Below are positions 38,531 to 51,450 of a stretch of DNA of 64,000 bases, one piece after another. The notes under the pieces are model-generated. The model ran no database searches and was not told the origin of the DNA. It saw only the letters and a list, made by a program, of their open reading frames with translations. Every line of letters starts with the position of its first letter. Positions within the stretch are counted from its first letter, which is position 1. Origin of the DNA: Octopus sinensis (lineage: Eukaryota); assembly GCF_006345805.1 (NCBI RefSeq), contig NC_042999.1:58528001-58592000 (forward strand), written 5' to 3'. A program made the position numbers and the translations under genes.

Positions 38531-41500
38531 CAGGGGTGGGGAACCTTTTTGTTCATGACGGCCACCTTACAATTCATTGTCCCTCATAGAGGCCGCGTTG
38601 AACGAATATTTTTCTTGTCCTTTTATCCCTAGGCTTAGGCCGCAAAGTAATTTAATAGTAATGTCACAGGTGATTAAAGATTGGAAATTTGACATTTTCA
38701 AATATTCTACTTAAGTAGGAACTTTTTTTAAATAATTAAATGAATAATAATCTTTTAAAAAATGTCGAGCCTATAAACACCGAGAATATGAAATTTTGAA
38801 ATATTTCCTTTAGGCATGTATTTACTCTTTATTCAAATTAATGATTTCTTTGGGTTTGCTTTTTTTTGAGAAAGCATTTTGATATCAGGTTCTAAGTGGT
38901 TCTTAGTATCAATTGGTCCTCTAAATTCTCATCTGTCAACTGTGATATCAGTGAATTCTTGATTTGCGTCAAGTACTAGAATGTGGATTCGCAACAGTAT
39001 GTTGTAGAAAAGCAGGAAATTTGTCGGCGTGCATGTTCACAAAACCAGGATATTCTATCGCCTTTTTCAAAATTTCAAAGGGATCGTCCTTGTTGTCAAA
39101 CTGGGATTTCAGGATATCATCTTCAGACATTTCAATAAGCTCCATTTGTAACTTTTCGGGAGCCTTTGGCACATCAACTAAGTGAGGCTGAATAGCAAGT
39201 TTCAGAGTGATGTTATGCTTTTCAAAATCACTGAATCTTTTGTTGTATTCTTCTACTAATAAGTCTAAAACTGACTTGTACACTTCAAAAGATTCAGAGA
39301 TATCTTCATTCTCACTCATTACTTTTGTAAACTGGGGAAAGTATTCCTCTGAAAGCTTTGATTTAGCCAAAAGAAAGTTGAAAAACAACTTTTTTCTAAA
39401 TGCCTGGATTTTTTGCCACATATCATAAATAGATTTATTTCTGCCTTGCAACGAAATGTTTAACTCATTTTGTTTTGATATAACATCACATGAAAATGCA
39501 ACATCTCTGTAAAAGTTTGGACCTGATAAATCACAATGTTTGTTGTTTCCTTTGAAAAAGTCAATTATTTGCTTTCGTAAAGATACAATTTTGACCAATA
39601 CTTTTGCTTGTGACAGCCAGCGTACTTTTGAGTGATAAGGAAAATCTACACTAATTACTTCGTCATCCATCATCAGCATGCTTCTAAATTGACGATGCTT
39701 CGTGGCATTTGCTCGAATATAGTTTACAATACTTATAACCTTATGCAAAGTGTCATTTAAAATGGCAGATTTTGCACAGAGATTTGGCTGATGTAAAATA
39801 CAATAAAAAGAAATCAGTTCACTTGGATTCTTTGGTTTCTCTTTTAAAATGTGCAATAAATGCTTCATTCTTAGCCATCGTAGATGGAGGAGCATCTTAC
39901 CAAATTACTAATATTTAGTCCTACTTTGTGGCATTGCTCTTTGAAGTTGTTAAAAATATTTATCACTCGCGTCCTTCCTTTAAGGGTGTCTAAAGGCAAG
40001 CAATTCTTCATATAATTGAAAATCATCAGTTATAGCATGAATAAAATACAACACCTGTGCTGAATCAGTGGAATCTGTCGATTCATCCAAAGCTACTGAA
40101 TAATATACATTTTCTTTTTGGATTATATTTTTCAGCTGCTCTGTTACATCTCATGCCAATTCATGCTGTCGAGCTGTATTAATTTTTCTTGAAAGAGGCA
40201 CATCCTTATATTTGTTAACTTTATCTGGATCTGTACATCTTACCACTTCTAAAATACATTCCTTTATAAGAAAGGAAAAATTGTCCTTGCTTTTGGAAAA
40301 ATTGTCATTGCTTTTGTTTTCCATCTTTAAGTTTCTGCAGTGCTATCGTTCAAGACTCACCCTCTAATTTGGCATATTTATTGTCTTTATGAAGAGCACT
40401 ATGCTGCTGTGCATTGAATTCCTTAACCGTTACAATTGCAGTGTCACAAAGCACACCAGACATTTTGCCTCCACTATTCACTAAAAAATTTTGTAATTCC
40501 CATTCTTCATTGAAGATCCCATTTTCTTCTTTCAACGTTCGCTTCAATTTCTTCGACATACTTATTGGTCGAAATTGTTTTTATTCTGGAATACCGATAA
40601 AAAATAAAAGGATGATAATGAATTAGTAAGGCCAGCAGCACACTGACCCAGAATAATACGATCTCAGACAAGATACGATATACCTGCATCCCAAACCATA
40701 TTCTCAGTCTTGAATTCGGCAATTGTCACTAACATTCGAGAATAAATATCATCTAGATTCGTAATATTCTTTTCTGTATTTAGTATTATTATTTATCATT
40801 AGCCAATTAATATAGAAATAATGTCAAATATTGACGGTTTTCAATCAAAACAATGACAATTGCTAAAGTCATGACCAAGATTCCCAGAACATGGTTCCAG
40901 ATGCTGATTGATCACGTCTTATCTAAGACCGTTTTATCTAGAACAATGTGCAGTAGGCTTAACAGAGTAGCAATGAATTCGATCATTGTTACTAATTAAG
41001 TTTCAGTTATAAAAAGGAAGTCTGCAAAACAACGCAAGCACTGGTGAATGTACGCTTTCAAATGAAGTTGTAACTAACTCAGACTTACAATCTCACAAGT
41101 CACTATGAACTTAGTCATGACTACAGTTAACTGAGTAGTACGTAGCGCAGACCACAGCGAGGAGGTAGACGAGACAGGAACTCTGCATGTATCACGTGTG
41201 AAGTCACAAACCATAGCAAGGAGGTATACGAGACAGGAACTCTACATGTATCGCGCGTGAGGTCACTCACTCCCATTAGGCTGGCGTGGCTGACAAGGAA
41301 ATGTTGCCTTTATAACCATGTTGCTTTAAGCATATATTTATTAGGTTCATAGAAAAATGCTTCCAATTTCTGGGAGTGACATCACTGAACACAGTTATTT
41401 TCCCTCTCATCTATGTGTGTGTGTGTGTGTGTGTGTGTATTGTAAATGTATGCATAAAAACTATAGACAAAAAAATCAAGGTCTTAAAAAACTTATATGA

Positions 41501-41586
41501 ATATTTACATCAACGGCTGCAGAAGGCCACACTTGTTGACCCAGAAGGCCGCATGCAGCCTTGAGGCCGCAGATTCCCCATCCCTG
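38531..41586 (-). mobile_element. full-length hAT (Charlie/Buster/SPIN-like) DNA transposon, 3056 bp
   Basis: 16-bp TIRs CAGGGGTGGGGAACCT / CAGGGATGGGGAATCT (14/16 match). 8-bp TSD AGCCAAAA (38523-38530) / AGCCATAA (41587-41594). Internal transposase. Confidence 0.92.
38870..40559 (-). pseudogene. hAT transposase (GTF2IRD2/EPM2AIP1-like domain family), frameshifted
   Basis: MSKKLKRTLKEENGIFNEEW start, HCILHQ, HSKVRWLSQAKVL, LNISLQG, and C-terminal FSTTYCCESTF...LTDENL. Several frameshifts and stops. Confidence 0.88.
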
Positions 41587-42850
41587 AGCCATAATAACAA
41601 CCACAAATAGCGGATGGCGATCCACCAATCAATCAGTTGATATGGTCAGCATATAATAGACTTCCCCGAAAATGACATTCTACGCATAAATACCACATTT
41701 GAACAGAGATTCAATTATCGCCGCTCTGGGTATTTTTAATGTCAAGCACCGACTCGGCAACATGTTTATAATTGAAATTGGTAAAACAGCTTCCTAATGT
41801 GTTAGGAGTTAGATCTGATCAGTGTATACCATAAATCAGGTTTCGTCTTCGCTTACGCTCCATCAAACGGAAAATTTCAAAATATCCTCTTCATGATTGG
41901 ATACTCTCAGTAACGAAGGAATTTGTCAACAATACATCATCTTAATCAAAAACAGGTTAAGGTATTGCAAGCAGAAACTGAAGCCATTCTTCGAATGCAA
42001 CAAATAACAATTTTCTCACTTCTCATCAATAAACTGCAGAAGATAGATAGGCAGATCAAGCTGAATTTCCATCGGAACTAAAATAATCCCATAAGAGTCT
42101 TAAGCAATTACTGGGAAGTGCAATCAATTGAATTGTGACACCTAATTAACATCAACCGAACCTTCTAGAACAAATATCACTAAATTGAAAAAAAAATCTG
42201 CAAAATCTTACACTTACGAAGTAAAACAACAGAAATTTATTGAAAACAAAATAGATTTGAACGTTCATGCAGCTGCAAATAAACAATCTTCTCTGGTATA
42301 GCAAATTGCTAAATGAAATTAATGACAGTAGAAACATGAATAAGTTGGAACTAAATACTCCATGTTTGCGGGAACTACCAAACAAGTGGAAGGAAGATTT
42401 ACAGAACATTCTTGCTAACCCCGCGCCCAGTTTTTCAGATATACCTACAGAAGGTATTATTAATCATGATCTCGACGCAAGATTGGTGTTTTTACATTAG
42501 ATAAATTCGCTGACTAAATGGTAAGGACGAAAAACAGGAAGAGAACTGATATCGATAATACATTACAAGAAGTTTGGAAGAAAGAAACATTAATATTTCA
42601 TATCCCGCTTCAGTGCTGTTCAGGAAAATAAATTATAAAAAAATTATTGCTGAACTATATTTAGTTAATGTTCGAAACGATCATTATGAAGACTCCAAAA
42701 TGGTTTCAAGAAATATCAGTCTATTGAAGGAGAGACATTAAACATTAAAAGAGCAACTGAGGCAGTCATTGAAAAACTTGAAAGTTGACAACTCAAAAGA
42801 TTTCGACTCAACTGATGTGAAGTGAAGAAAGCTCATTCTTATATACAGTA
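41587..42850 (+). mobile_element. RTE/RTE-X LINE fossil, segment 2
   Basis: DFPENDILRINTTFEQR (endonuclease end), KWKEDLQNILANP...IINHDLD, QNGF (RT N-terminal region). Confidence 0.65.
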
Positions 42851-42853
42851 CGT

Positions 42854-42927
<74 letters not shown>

Positions 42928-43485
42928 GAGTGAGAGAGCAGTGCATGCCATCGAAGTGACACTGGGCTAAAATATAGCAAGTCCAGTATACCCAACATGA
43001 CTACCCGTCTGATAAGGGTACACCAGGCACATGTATCACAACCAAACGTGCGCGACATGGTGATCTCATATCAAAATAAACAGCGCATGACCTTGCAGGT
43101 GGGGCCCAGTTAGAATTTTCTTCTGGTCGAGTAGCCCATCCCGCTCAAAAGGTCCCTGAATAAGAATTGTTTAAGGATGTTGAACGAACTACCCATGTTT
43201 CCAGAGGTGAATTATCCGAATCTCCAAGAATTCCTCTCAACACACGGCTATGATGCTCCCCAACTACTTCTGCTCGTGATCAGAGATGCACATATCGTCA
43301 GCCACTAAGGGACATGCTCAACTGGTTAAGGTCAAACAACTGACAAGCAAATCTGTGGTATTGAGCAGAATATTTGCTGTAACTCATCTTTTATACCAAG
43401 ACAAAACAATGTACATGATAACACTTCCAATCAGTTAAGATCAGGAGCCATGAGAGCCACTGTCTGGTACTGGATCAGGGCATTT
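42928..43485 (-). mobile_element. non-coding element family C, apparently complete (~560 bp)
   Basis: (TTA)n on both sides. The first ~220 bp match 12752-12970. No recognisable ORF. Confidence 0.8.
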
Positions 43486-43559
43486 ATTGTTATTATTATT
43501 ATTATTATTATTATTAGTAGTAGTAGTAGTAACATTTGTGCTCTCCAAGAAGAGAAAGG

Positions 43560-44400
43560 TTAGAGTATCATAACCTGGCACAGATAACGGCTTCTACATC
43601 AATGCTGAGGGGCGGGGGTTTGAAAGCTTACACGCAGTATTCCTATTAATCAACTTCCTGGACTATTTTTCGCATTTCTTTTGGCAAAAAAACTTGGCTT
43701 TCACTGTAACAAAATCCAGCTTCTTCCATTTCCTTGACACAGCAATGACATACATTACGTCGATGGTGTCACTCTCTTCGCAGACACCACCCTAGAAGCT
43801 ACCACTGTTGTACACGAGCTTGAGCAAGTTGTTGCAGATTTTAGTATTTATACTTCAAATGCAGATATTGGTACCTAATTCAAATGCACTTGCTAAAATC
43901 CGGAGGGTCTGGCTCAATAAGCACAAGCACACAAAACTCTCTAAAGTCTATAGAATCCTCTGTATACTTAGAAAAGTTACATCGCATCCACAAAAAGGCT
44001 GTTCTTACCGTGTCATCTGGGAAGCATTATTACTAGATGGCCTTAAGAGAATTTCTTTCCGTACCTTTGTAGATTATATGCTATTGATCGTGCCCAGTGC
44101 ACAGGTTCTCACAAAGCACCTGTATGCAACGTTTGATGGAATTTGCACCTTTAAAAGTAGCACCGTTCTGGTAGCCAACCATGCCTTAAATCGAGAGGCG
44201 TGGAATAGAATAGTCACGCAGCGGAAATGCCAAGAGACGAGCGACCCATTACCATGTCGGTCATTTTTAAGATGATCTGCAAGCCTGCCAACCAGTTGGC
44301 GCCCGGTTTGCCCAATGTTGATAAAATTGCCGATGGGGTAGGAACATTGACTCCCAAATATTACTGGAGGTGCAGCGAACGAAATCCTTAATGTGGAAGT
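43560..44400 (+). mobile_element. RTE/RTE-X LINE fossil, segment 3 (RT catalytic region and C-terminus)
   Basis: NDIHYVDGVTLFADT (decayed YADD context), NALAKIRRVW, VLTKHLYATFDGICT. Confidence 0.55.
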
Positions 44401-45128
44401 TGCAGTGATTAGGTCCAGTAAAAGTGGTGGTATTAGAAAGGAAAGAGCAGGCGTAACAGCAAGGAGGGGAGTAAAGAAGCAACCCGAGAGGGAGACGGGT
44501 TCGGGAAAGAAGCTATGTACGACAAATATCTGTACGTATCTACAATATATTCTAATCCGCTACATACATACTTGTGCACACACTCCCACGCGAACTTATT
44601 CTTTAAGAGACAAATACATATTTGTAAAGAGACACACATTCACTAATACGTGAAAATAGCTGGAATAATGAAATATAAAAGTAACAACTACCATCCTATA
44701 TCACTTAAAGAAACATTTATTATTCAAGATTCAGTTCTTACAATCAAAAGAAAAAAAAAACCAATAAGTGAGTGACACACGAAATACAATAAGTATGTGG
44801 TTCTAATGATTACCTGTAATCTGTTAAGATGATTTAAAACGAATCTAGTCATCTTTAATCACTTGCATAATGAATAATTAATTATATTTTGTATAGATTC
44901 GTCTTTTAAGAGAGGAAAATATTTTAAAATTTAAACTTTATTTAAGACTTTAGATTTGTACTAATTCACATGATACACAGACGTCTCTTTGTTCTTATGT
45001 GAGTACGTCTTCTACAAAATTTTTCCAGGAATTGTAAAATGAAAATAACCTGTGACGACTCCAAGTGTGTGTGTGTGTGTGTGTGTGTCTATGTAAGTAT
45101 GTATATATGTATGTATGTATGTATTATG

Positions 45129-45170
<42 letters not shown>

Positions 45171-45171
<1 letters not shown>

Positions 45172-45327
45172 AAATTCTATAATTATAAGCATAATTATAA
45201 TTAGGGTTCAGCAAAAATTGCTTCACCCGCATACCGAAATTTAGAAATATATTCCACTACCATAGATATGTGGTGACAATTTTTCCTGAACCCTAATTAT
45301 ACTTATGCCTATAATTATAGAATTTTT
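45171..45327. repeat. foldback element in (TA)n (~50-bp arms), related to the 542-bp monomer
   Basis: AAAATTCTATAATTATAAGCATAATTATAATTAGGGTTCAGCAAAAATTG pairs with CAATTTTTCCTGAACCCTAATTATACTTATGCCTATAATTATAGAATTTT. Confidence 0.8.
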
Positions 45328-45456
45328 GTAAAAGTTTACCGATAATGGTTCTTTTAACATACCGAACTACTTGGTAAAATTATTAATTGATTAATTAATG
45401 GTACCCTTTATATTATTGATAATATATATTATACACTATGCATGTATGTATGTATT

Positions 45457-45511
<55 letters not shown>

Positions 45512-45723
45512 CAAGAACAATCTTACTTAGAAATGGATGCGTGCGTTCCGTCATATAATAAATTAAATAAATAAAACATATGCACACATACATACATATA
45601 TGTACGTACCTACCTCTACATGTATATATACATACATAGGCGCAGGACACCAAAAAACGTCGAACACAATGAGAAACGAAAACACAAACACAAAACCAAG
45701 GAACTGGACACACTCTTAACAAC

Positions 45724-45773
<50 letters not shown>

Positions 45774-46050
45774 ATATATATATAATATATATACAGAGAG
45801 AGAGAGAGAGAGAGAGAGGAGACCTATATGTATGTATGTTTGTAGTTGTATCTGTCTATATAATTATAGTACATAATATATATGTATATATATATGTATA
45901 TATATTATATATATATGTATATCTATATGTATATATATTTGTGTGTGTTTATGTGTATACATACACACATTCCCCCCCCCCCACACACACACACAACAAG
46001 AGCGCACACGCACACACACAACACGCACCCACACACACGCACACATGCAC

Positions 46051-46083
<33 letters not shown>

Positions 46084-46090
46084 CATACAT

Positions 46091-46304
46091 CGACGAGATG
46101 CTGAAAGGTTCCTCGCTTTGAGTAAAAAAAATTACAGGAGTATCACTTTCGGAGTTTATTCAACATAATTCCCTCTCGGATTCAGACACTCATTGCCGCG
46201 GTCCTTCAGTATTTCTGAGACTAGAAAAAGATCTCGGGAAGTTGGGACACCAACCAGGCCTTTCGCAGTATCTTTAAAGTCAGGAAATTCTCAGAACCCC
46301 CTGG
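46091..46304 (-). mobile_element. mariner-derived miniature element (~215 bp)
   Basis: Imperfect ~29-bp TIRs. The interior encodes [17 protein letters not shown] (mariner C-terminus) on the minus strand. Confidence 0.7.
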
Positions 46305-46867
46305 TGTGTGTGTGTGTGTATATATATACATACATACATATGTGTGTGTGTGTGTGTGTTTGTGAGTGTGTGTAAGAGCGCATAGGATTATGTAGTTTGA
46401 GATACCCGTAAACAGATGGGGAAACCTTTCTATCATTGGTCTTGTATATTAGCAATAGCTTGGAGCGAAACCATACTAGTAACAAAAGCAACCTACACAT
46501 TTAATAGAATTTAAAATCGCGTAGGGTTTCAAAGATTGAATGATTTTGTACAGACTTATGTAAATTGGTAGAGCTGCTAAAGATAATCTATGACAATGTA
46601 CTGAAACAATGGTAAATATTGTTTTGTGATGTTCGATTATGGACTGGTCCCTTCATTATTTCATGATTATTTCTGTTTGTTTACGAATCTATTAATTTAT
46701 TGTATTAGCGCTTGAAAACAACACTTCATTAATAAATTACTTTCTATATTAAAAACACACGATTACACACAAACATACGCATATATATATATATATATTA
46801 TATATATATTATACGCACACAGACACACACACACACACACACCACACACACACACACTATATATATA

Positions 46868-46910
<43 letters not shown>

Positions 46911-46990
46911 CATACTCGAATGCACAAATACAATACATACGCTCTCATATATACAGATACCACACACACACCACATATATATATATACAA

Positions 46991-47028
<38 letters not shown>

Positions 47029-47029
47029 T

Positions 47030-47071
<42 letters not shown>

Positions 47072-47889
47072 ATATATTTACACGTATACAGTTATATATA
47101 GGTTCAATAATATTCTTAATCTAATAATGTCTTTGGAGTGTCAGTATTTATCTTCTAGAAATCTCCATACAGTGACCTATTGATTAAGATATTTAGAACG
47201 AAAATAACAAAAGACATTCAGAAGACGGCATGTCTGTCTTATCTTTGAAAAAAAATTGTTCTTTGTAATTTTACTTATTTAATTATCTCCTTTCTTTTAA
47301 TTTCCTTTCACGTATTCTCAAATTTTGAACAGCACGACCAGGTGCAAATAATTAAAGTATGTTGACGTTGGAAGGCCACCAGGAAAATGAATTCTTAGAA
47401 ATGTGTGAAAGCTATTTGAGAAGGTGTCTCTCGAAAATACCCGTCATTATTTAATTAGGAGACTGATATTCAATGATTAGACATTGGCATTTAAGAATTA
47501 AACACACTATTCTTCAATAAGTGTGGTTCTATATAAACAAATGTATTGAAAAATAATCAGGTGACGAAAAGATTTCTAAGGTGATGTGCAAGAGTTTTCT
47601 TGGAGAATAGACCGTAGCCCGTTATTCCTTTATTATTGTTAAAGGCTTCTCATTTTATTCTAATAATAAATAAATGCACGGAAATTTTTCTTCCTCTTTC
47701 ATACATTGCTGAATCAAAAGTGATATTGAATGGTAATGAGAAGTGGGTGCATGAAAGAAAGTTTTTAAAGCACAAAGAATTTAAAGAGTCATGTGAGTCC
47801 ATGAGGAGGGCTCTTTACTGTACTTCCAGGAAAGGTGGTATAATAGGATTTCAAATTTTGGCGCTAGGTCAGTAATGTAAGGTGACTAG

Positions 47890-48050
47890 ATAAGTCGGTC
47901 ACATCGACACCTGTGTTCAACTAGTACTTGTTTTATTGACCATTAAAGGATGAAAGGCAAAGTCAACCTCGGTGTGATTTGAACTTAGGACTAAATGCCG
48001 CAGAGCATTTTGCCCAGCATACTAACTATTTTGCTTGTGTGCCGCCTTTA
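47890..48050 (-). mobile_element. SINE family 1, diverged
   Basis: AAGGATGAAAGGCAAAGTCAACCTCGG...GATTTGAACT...GCATTTTGCCCAGC. Confidence 0.7.
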
Positions 48051-48499
48051 GGTGGTATAATATGGATCTATTACTAAATACACTGTAACTTCCCTGGCTA
48101 GCACTGAGCTAAAGAATGATCACTTAGTAGTGATGGCGAATCATGGAGAGGAATATCATAGGTACGACAAAAGCTTAGGAAAAGAAGACAAAACTGCAGA
48201 GTGGAAAACAAATCAGCCTGGGGCAGATATAATACGAAATAATCGCCGCATGATGTGAATTGTTGTAGCTAGCCTTGACTAGAAATGAGATTGGTAGACT
48301 GGATTACATAGTGACATCGTAGTAAAAAAAGAAATGCATATGACGCCGTGCATCCAAAGGACCCAAATATTTTCTGATGCCAGACATTTACCAATGTGCG
48401 TTGGCATCGTGCGTAAAAAATACGACTAGAAGATGCTCAATCGTTGTGAGCTGATGAAAATTTTCTGCATGATATGGGTGTGTGTTGAGAGAATGTGTG

Positions 48500-48542
<43 letters not shown>

Positions 48543-49174
48543 GACAGAGAGAGATTGAGTGAAAAAGAGAAAAGGTTAACAAACGAAAGAAGTTAGCACT
48601 GAACATATTTAGTCTCGCTGTTTTATGTATTTTATGACAGGTTGACTCAACAGAATATGTCCACGCCATCAGATGTCTGGAGTCAACATAGAACTGTGAA
48701 AGAAATTAAAAATGGCAACTGGTAGAGAATATTTAGGTCTCTGTTGGTCATTTAAGGTCAAGTGGACATTTCAGCTATCTAGCGACATCAGTTCTTTCAT
48801 TAAAAAATAGATTCTTGTAGAGTGTGGAATTTCAATGAAAAGTGAAGTAACCGGTGTGGAAGTTTATGTGACTGGCAATCTCCCCGCAAGCAGCAAGCAT
48901 TATACACACTGCAATTATGTGCAGCCCAGCTAGATCCATGGTGGTTTCTCTGTGTTATCCAGCGGTTATTCGAAACGAAGACCTGCATATTTATCTTTAA
49001 TATGTTCCAGCAGATTCGAACGCAAATATGCTAAACGTTGTTGTATTATAACAGTGAATGTCCCCGTTTCGATTCTCGTTGGCGTATATCAATCAACATG
49101 CATCAGCAGTTTGTTTGCTGGAATTATAAGCAAAGTCATCGGTTTTCGTTTTGTTAGATTCGTTAGTCCGGGTT

Positions 49175-49222
49175 CTTCCAGCTGATAAGATACAACGTAT
49201 CGAAACACCGGTGTTCCAGAAT
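49175..49222 (+). ncRNA. minimal type-I hammerhead ribozyme motif, probably inactive (G8A)
   Basis: TTCCAG-CTGATAA-GATAC-AAC-GTATC-GAA-ACACCGGTGT-T-CCAGAA: perfect helix II with a G-C closing pair, palindromic helix III, helix I 4/6. Confidence 0.7.
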
Positions 49223-50802
49223 CCTTGCAATAATTGAGTGTGTTATGAAAGCAAAGGAGAGGCTGTTCTCCAGTGATTAACCCAACAGCAACTAGCATAC
49301 CTGAGTTTGAATCTGCCGGAGTACGTTAAGAATAAATATATTAGTCATCGTATACATATTTACATATCTGTTAATATTTGTTTTTATTATATAAAGAATA
49401 TTACATGAAATTGAGTAATATCTTGACGTATTTTTTAGCTCCTTGCACTGTTAGTTCAAATGCCACCCCCATCAACTTTGCTCTACATCATCCGTTCGGT
49501 TTCAATACATCAAATATTTGACCAAGTAGATTGGTGAAATGCTCTATGCCGTCATAGTGTCCTGTGCATTCTGTGTTCAATCCCCGTCTTTTTATCACCA
49601 GAAAGGAAACAATTTGTAACTGGGCAATCTGTAATGTACATACAAATTCATACATTGTTTCTGCTGAATTGTTACGCATTTCACATCAATGGATTTGATG
49701 TAATGTTAGTTACTGATTCGCTGATTCGCTTGAATGTTATGAATCATATGGTTAGAGCTTGGTTTTAACCTGTAACCAATCAGACTTTTTTGCCAATTCT
49801 TTAAGATTCTATGCAACTAGAGCTCCATGGATCTGAAAAAGGCGCCAGGCTTACACTAAGCATCTTAGGCTATTTTGATTGAAAATTCTTCACTTTCACA
49901 AGGATTCGTAATATTGATAGAAATGGTAGGCTCATAAATGATTCAGACTGTTGACAGGTGTATTTCCCGTTGTCTTTCACTAAATTATAAGCCTTTTTTC
50001 TTTGCATGAAGAGATAAAATCTAAACTCGCTTATTGAGATGTCAAAATGTACTTCATTCATATAATCCCTCTACGATATCCATTCCTAAACATAAAACAA
50101 AAAGGCTGTTTTTTTATTTAAATTTTATGGGATCTCATAACGTTCCATAAAATACTAGACTTCCAAGTAATAGACATTTAGGACTTGGATGTTCAGTCTA
50201 AAGAATTCTTTATGAACATTGTTTCACTGCCGTACTGCAGAATATTCTGTATCTGCAGACATACAACCAATGTCGTATCTTTGTCTTGCACGCTTCCAAT
50301 TCAACTTCTGTCGTCCCTAAATACGGCATTTCAATGTAGCGCTTTTTCATTTTCTCTTGCTGTATTCGTATATTACTATACTCCAGTACATTGAGCATTG
50401 GCGAAGCGATCACATGAATGATTATAAAAAAATATTGTGATTATCAACAATTTCAGCAACAGCATTATCACTTCCTTACCTCTTTTACTTTCAGATTTAA
50501 GACAACGAGAAGAAATATTAGATTCTCCACTCCTCACGAGAATTGAGCGTATTGAGCAGTAGTACATATGTGTGGCTCGCAGTTTCCTTCCTCTTTCTGT
50601 TTTTTTTTTACTCTTTTATTTTTCTGTCTCCTCTGTGTCTCTGTTCTAACGGAAGGAATATAGCCAAAACGAATACGCCAATCGAAAGAGAGGGGAAAAA
50701 GCGATTGTATTGATGGTAGCTGTAAAAGTTTTTGACATCTTTCAGGTTTTCTTGCTATTCATTTTTTTTTCACGTTCTCTTACTCTCTATACCTCTCCCT
50801 GT

Positions 50803-51067
50803 GGAGGCACATGGCCTATTGGTTAGAGCAGCGGACTCGCGGTCGAGAGATCGCGGGTTCGAATCTCAGACAGGGCGATGTGTGTGTTTATGAGCAAAAC
50901 ACCTAAAGCTCCACGCGGCTCCGGCAACTTTCTCTCACTCTTTCCTCCTGCTTCTTGCAGCTCACCTGGCACAGACTGGCGTCCCATCCAGCTGGGGAAC
51001 GTATACGCCAAGGAAACCGGGAAACCGGCCCTTATGAGCCAAGCGTGGTTCGAGAAGGAACAAACAA
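50803..51067 (+). mobile_element. SINE family 3
   Basis: GGAGGCACATGGCCTATTGGTTAG...GGGTTCGAATC (tRNA-Arg-like), and GACTGGCGTCCCATCCAGCTGGG shared with the 31479 copy. Confidence 0.85.
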
Positions 51068-51355
51068 GTGTCCTCCTAAAGGATGAAATGGATACCTCTC
51101 CCTCGATAGATATAGAGAATAAGGAGCTAAGGAATGAGAGACATACCGGAAGAGATACGCTTAGATAGGCAGAACGGAACAGAAAGGAGTGATGGCCATG
51201 ATGACCATGATGACCACGGTTTGAAGATTGAATCAGGGCAGTCAATAATCGATCTTTCAGCGTTCTTTTGTACTAGGTGAACGAAGATATTTTTCCTTGC
51301 CAGTTGAAATTTAGAACAAAAACAAAACCACAGACACACACACGCACACACACAA

Positions 51356-51450
<95 letters not shown>

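Noticed and set aside
38531-41586. Claim of horizontal transfer for the SPIN/Charlie-like hAT
   Set aside because: It needs cross-species identity and phylogeny that cannot be obtained from this sequence. The copy is also decayed.
50495-50562. Plus-strand terminal exon DLRQREEILDSPLLTRIERIEQ*
   Set aside because: It has a decent acceptor but no recognisable homology or partner exons, and it conflicts with a minus-strand donor at the same spot.
50803-50880. tRNA gene (also 4453, 21913, 31479)
   Set aside because: A/B boxes are present but the acceptor stem is not closed and the sequence continues into SINE bodies. These are SINE heads.
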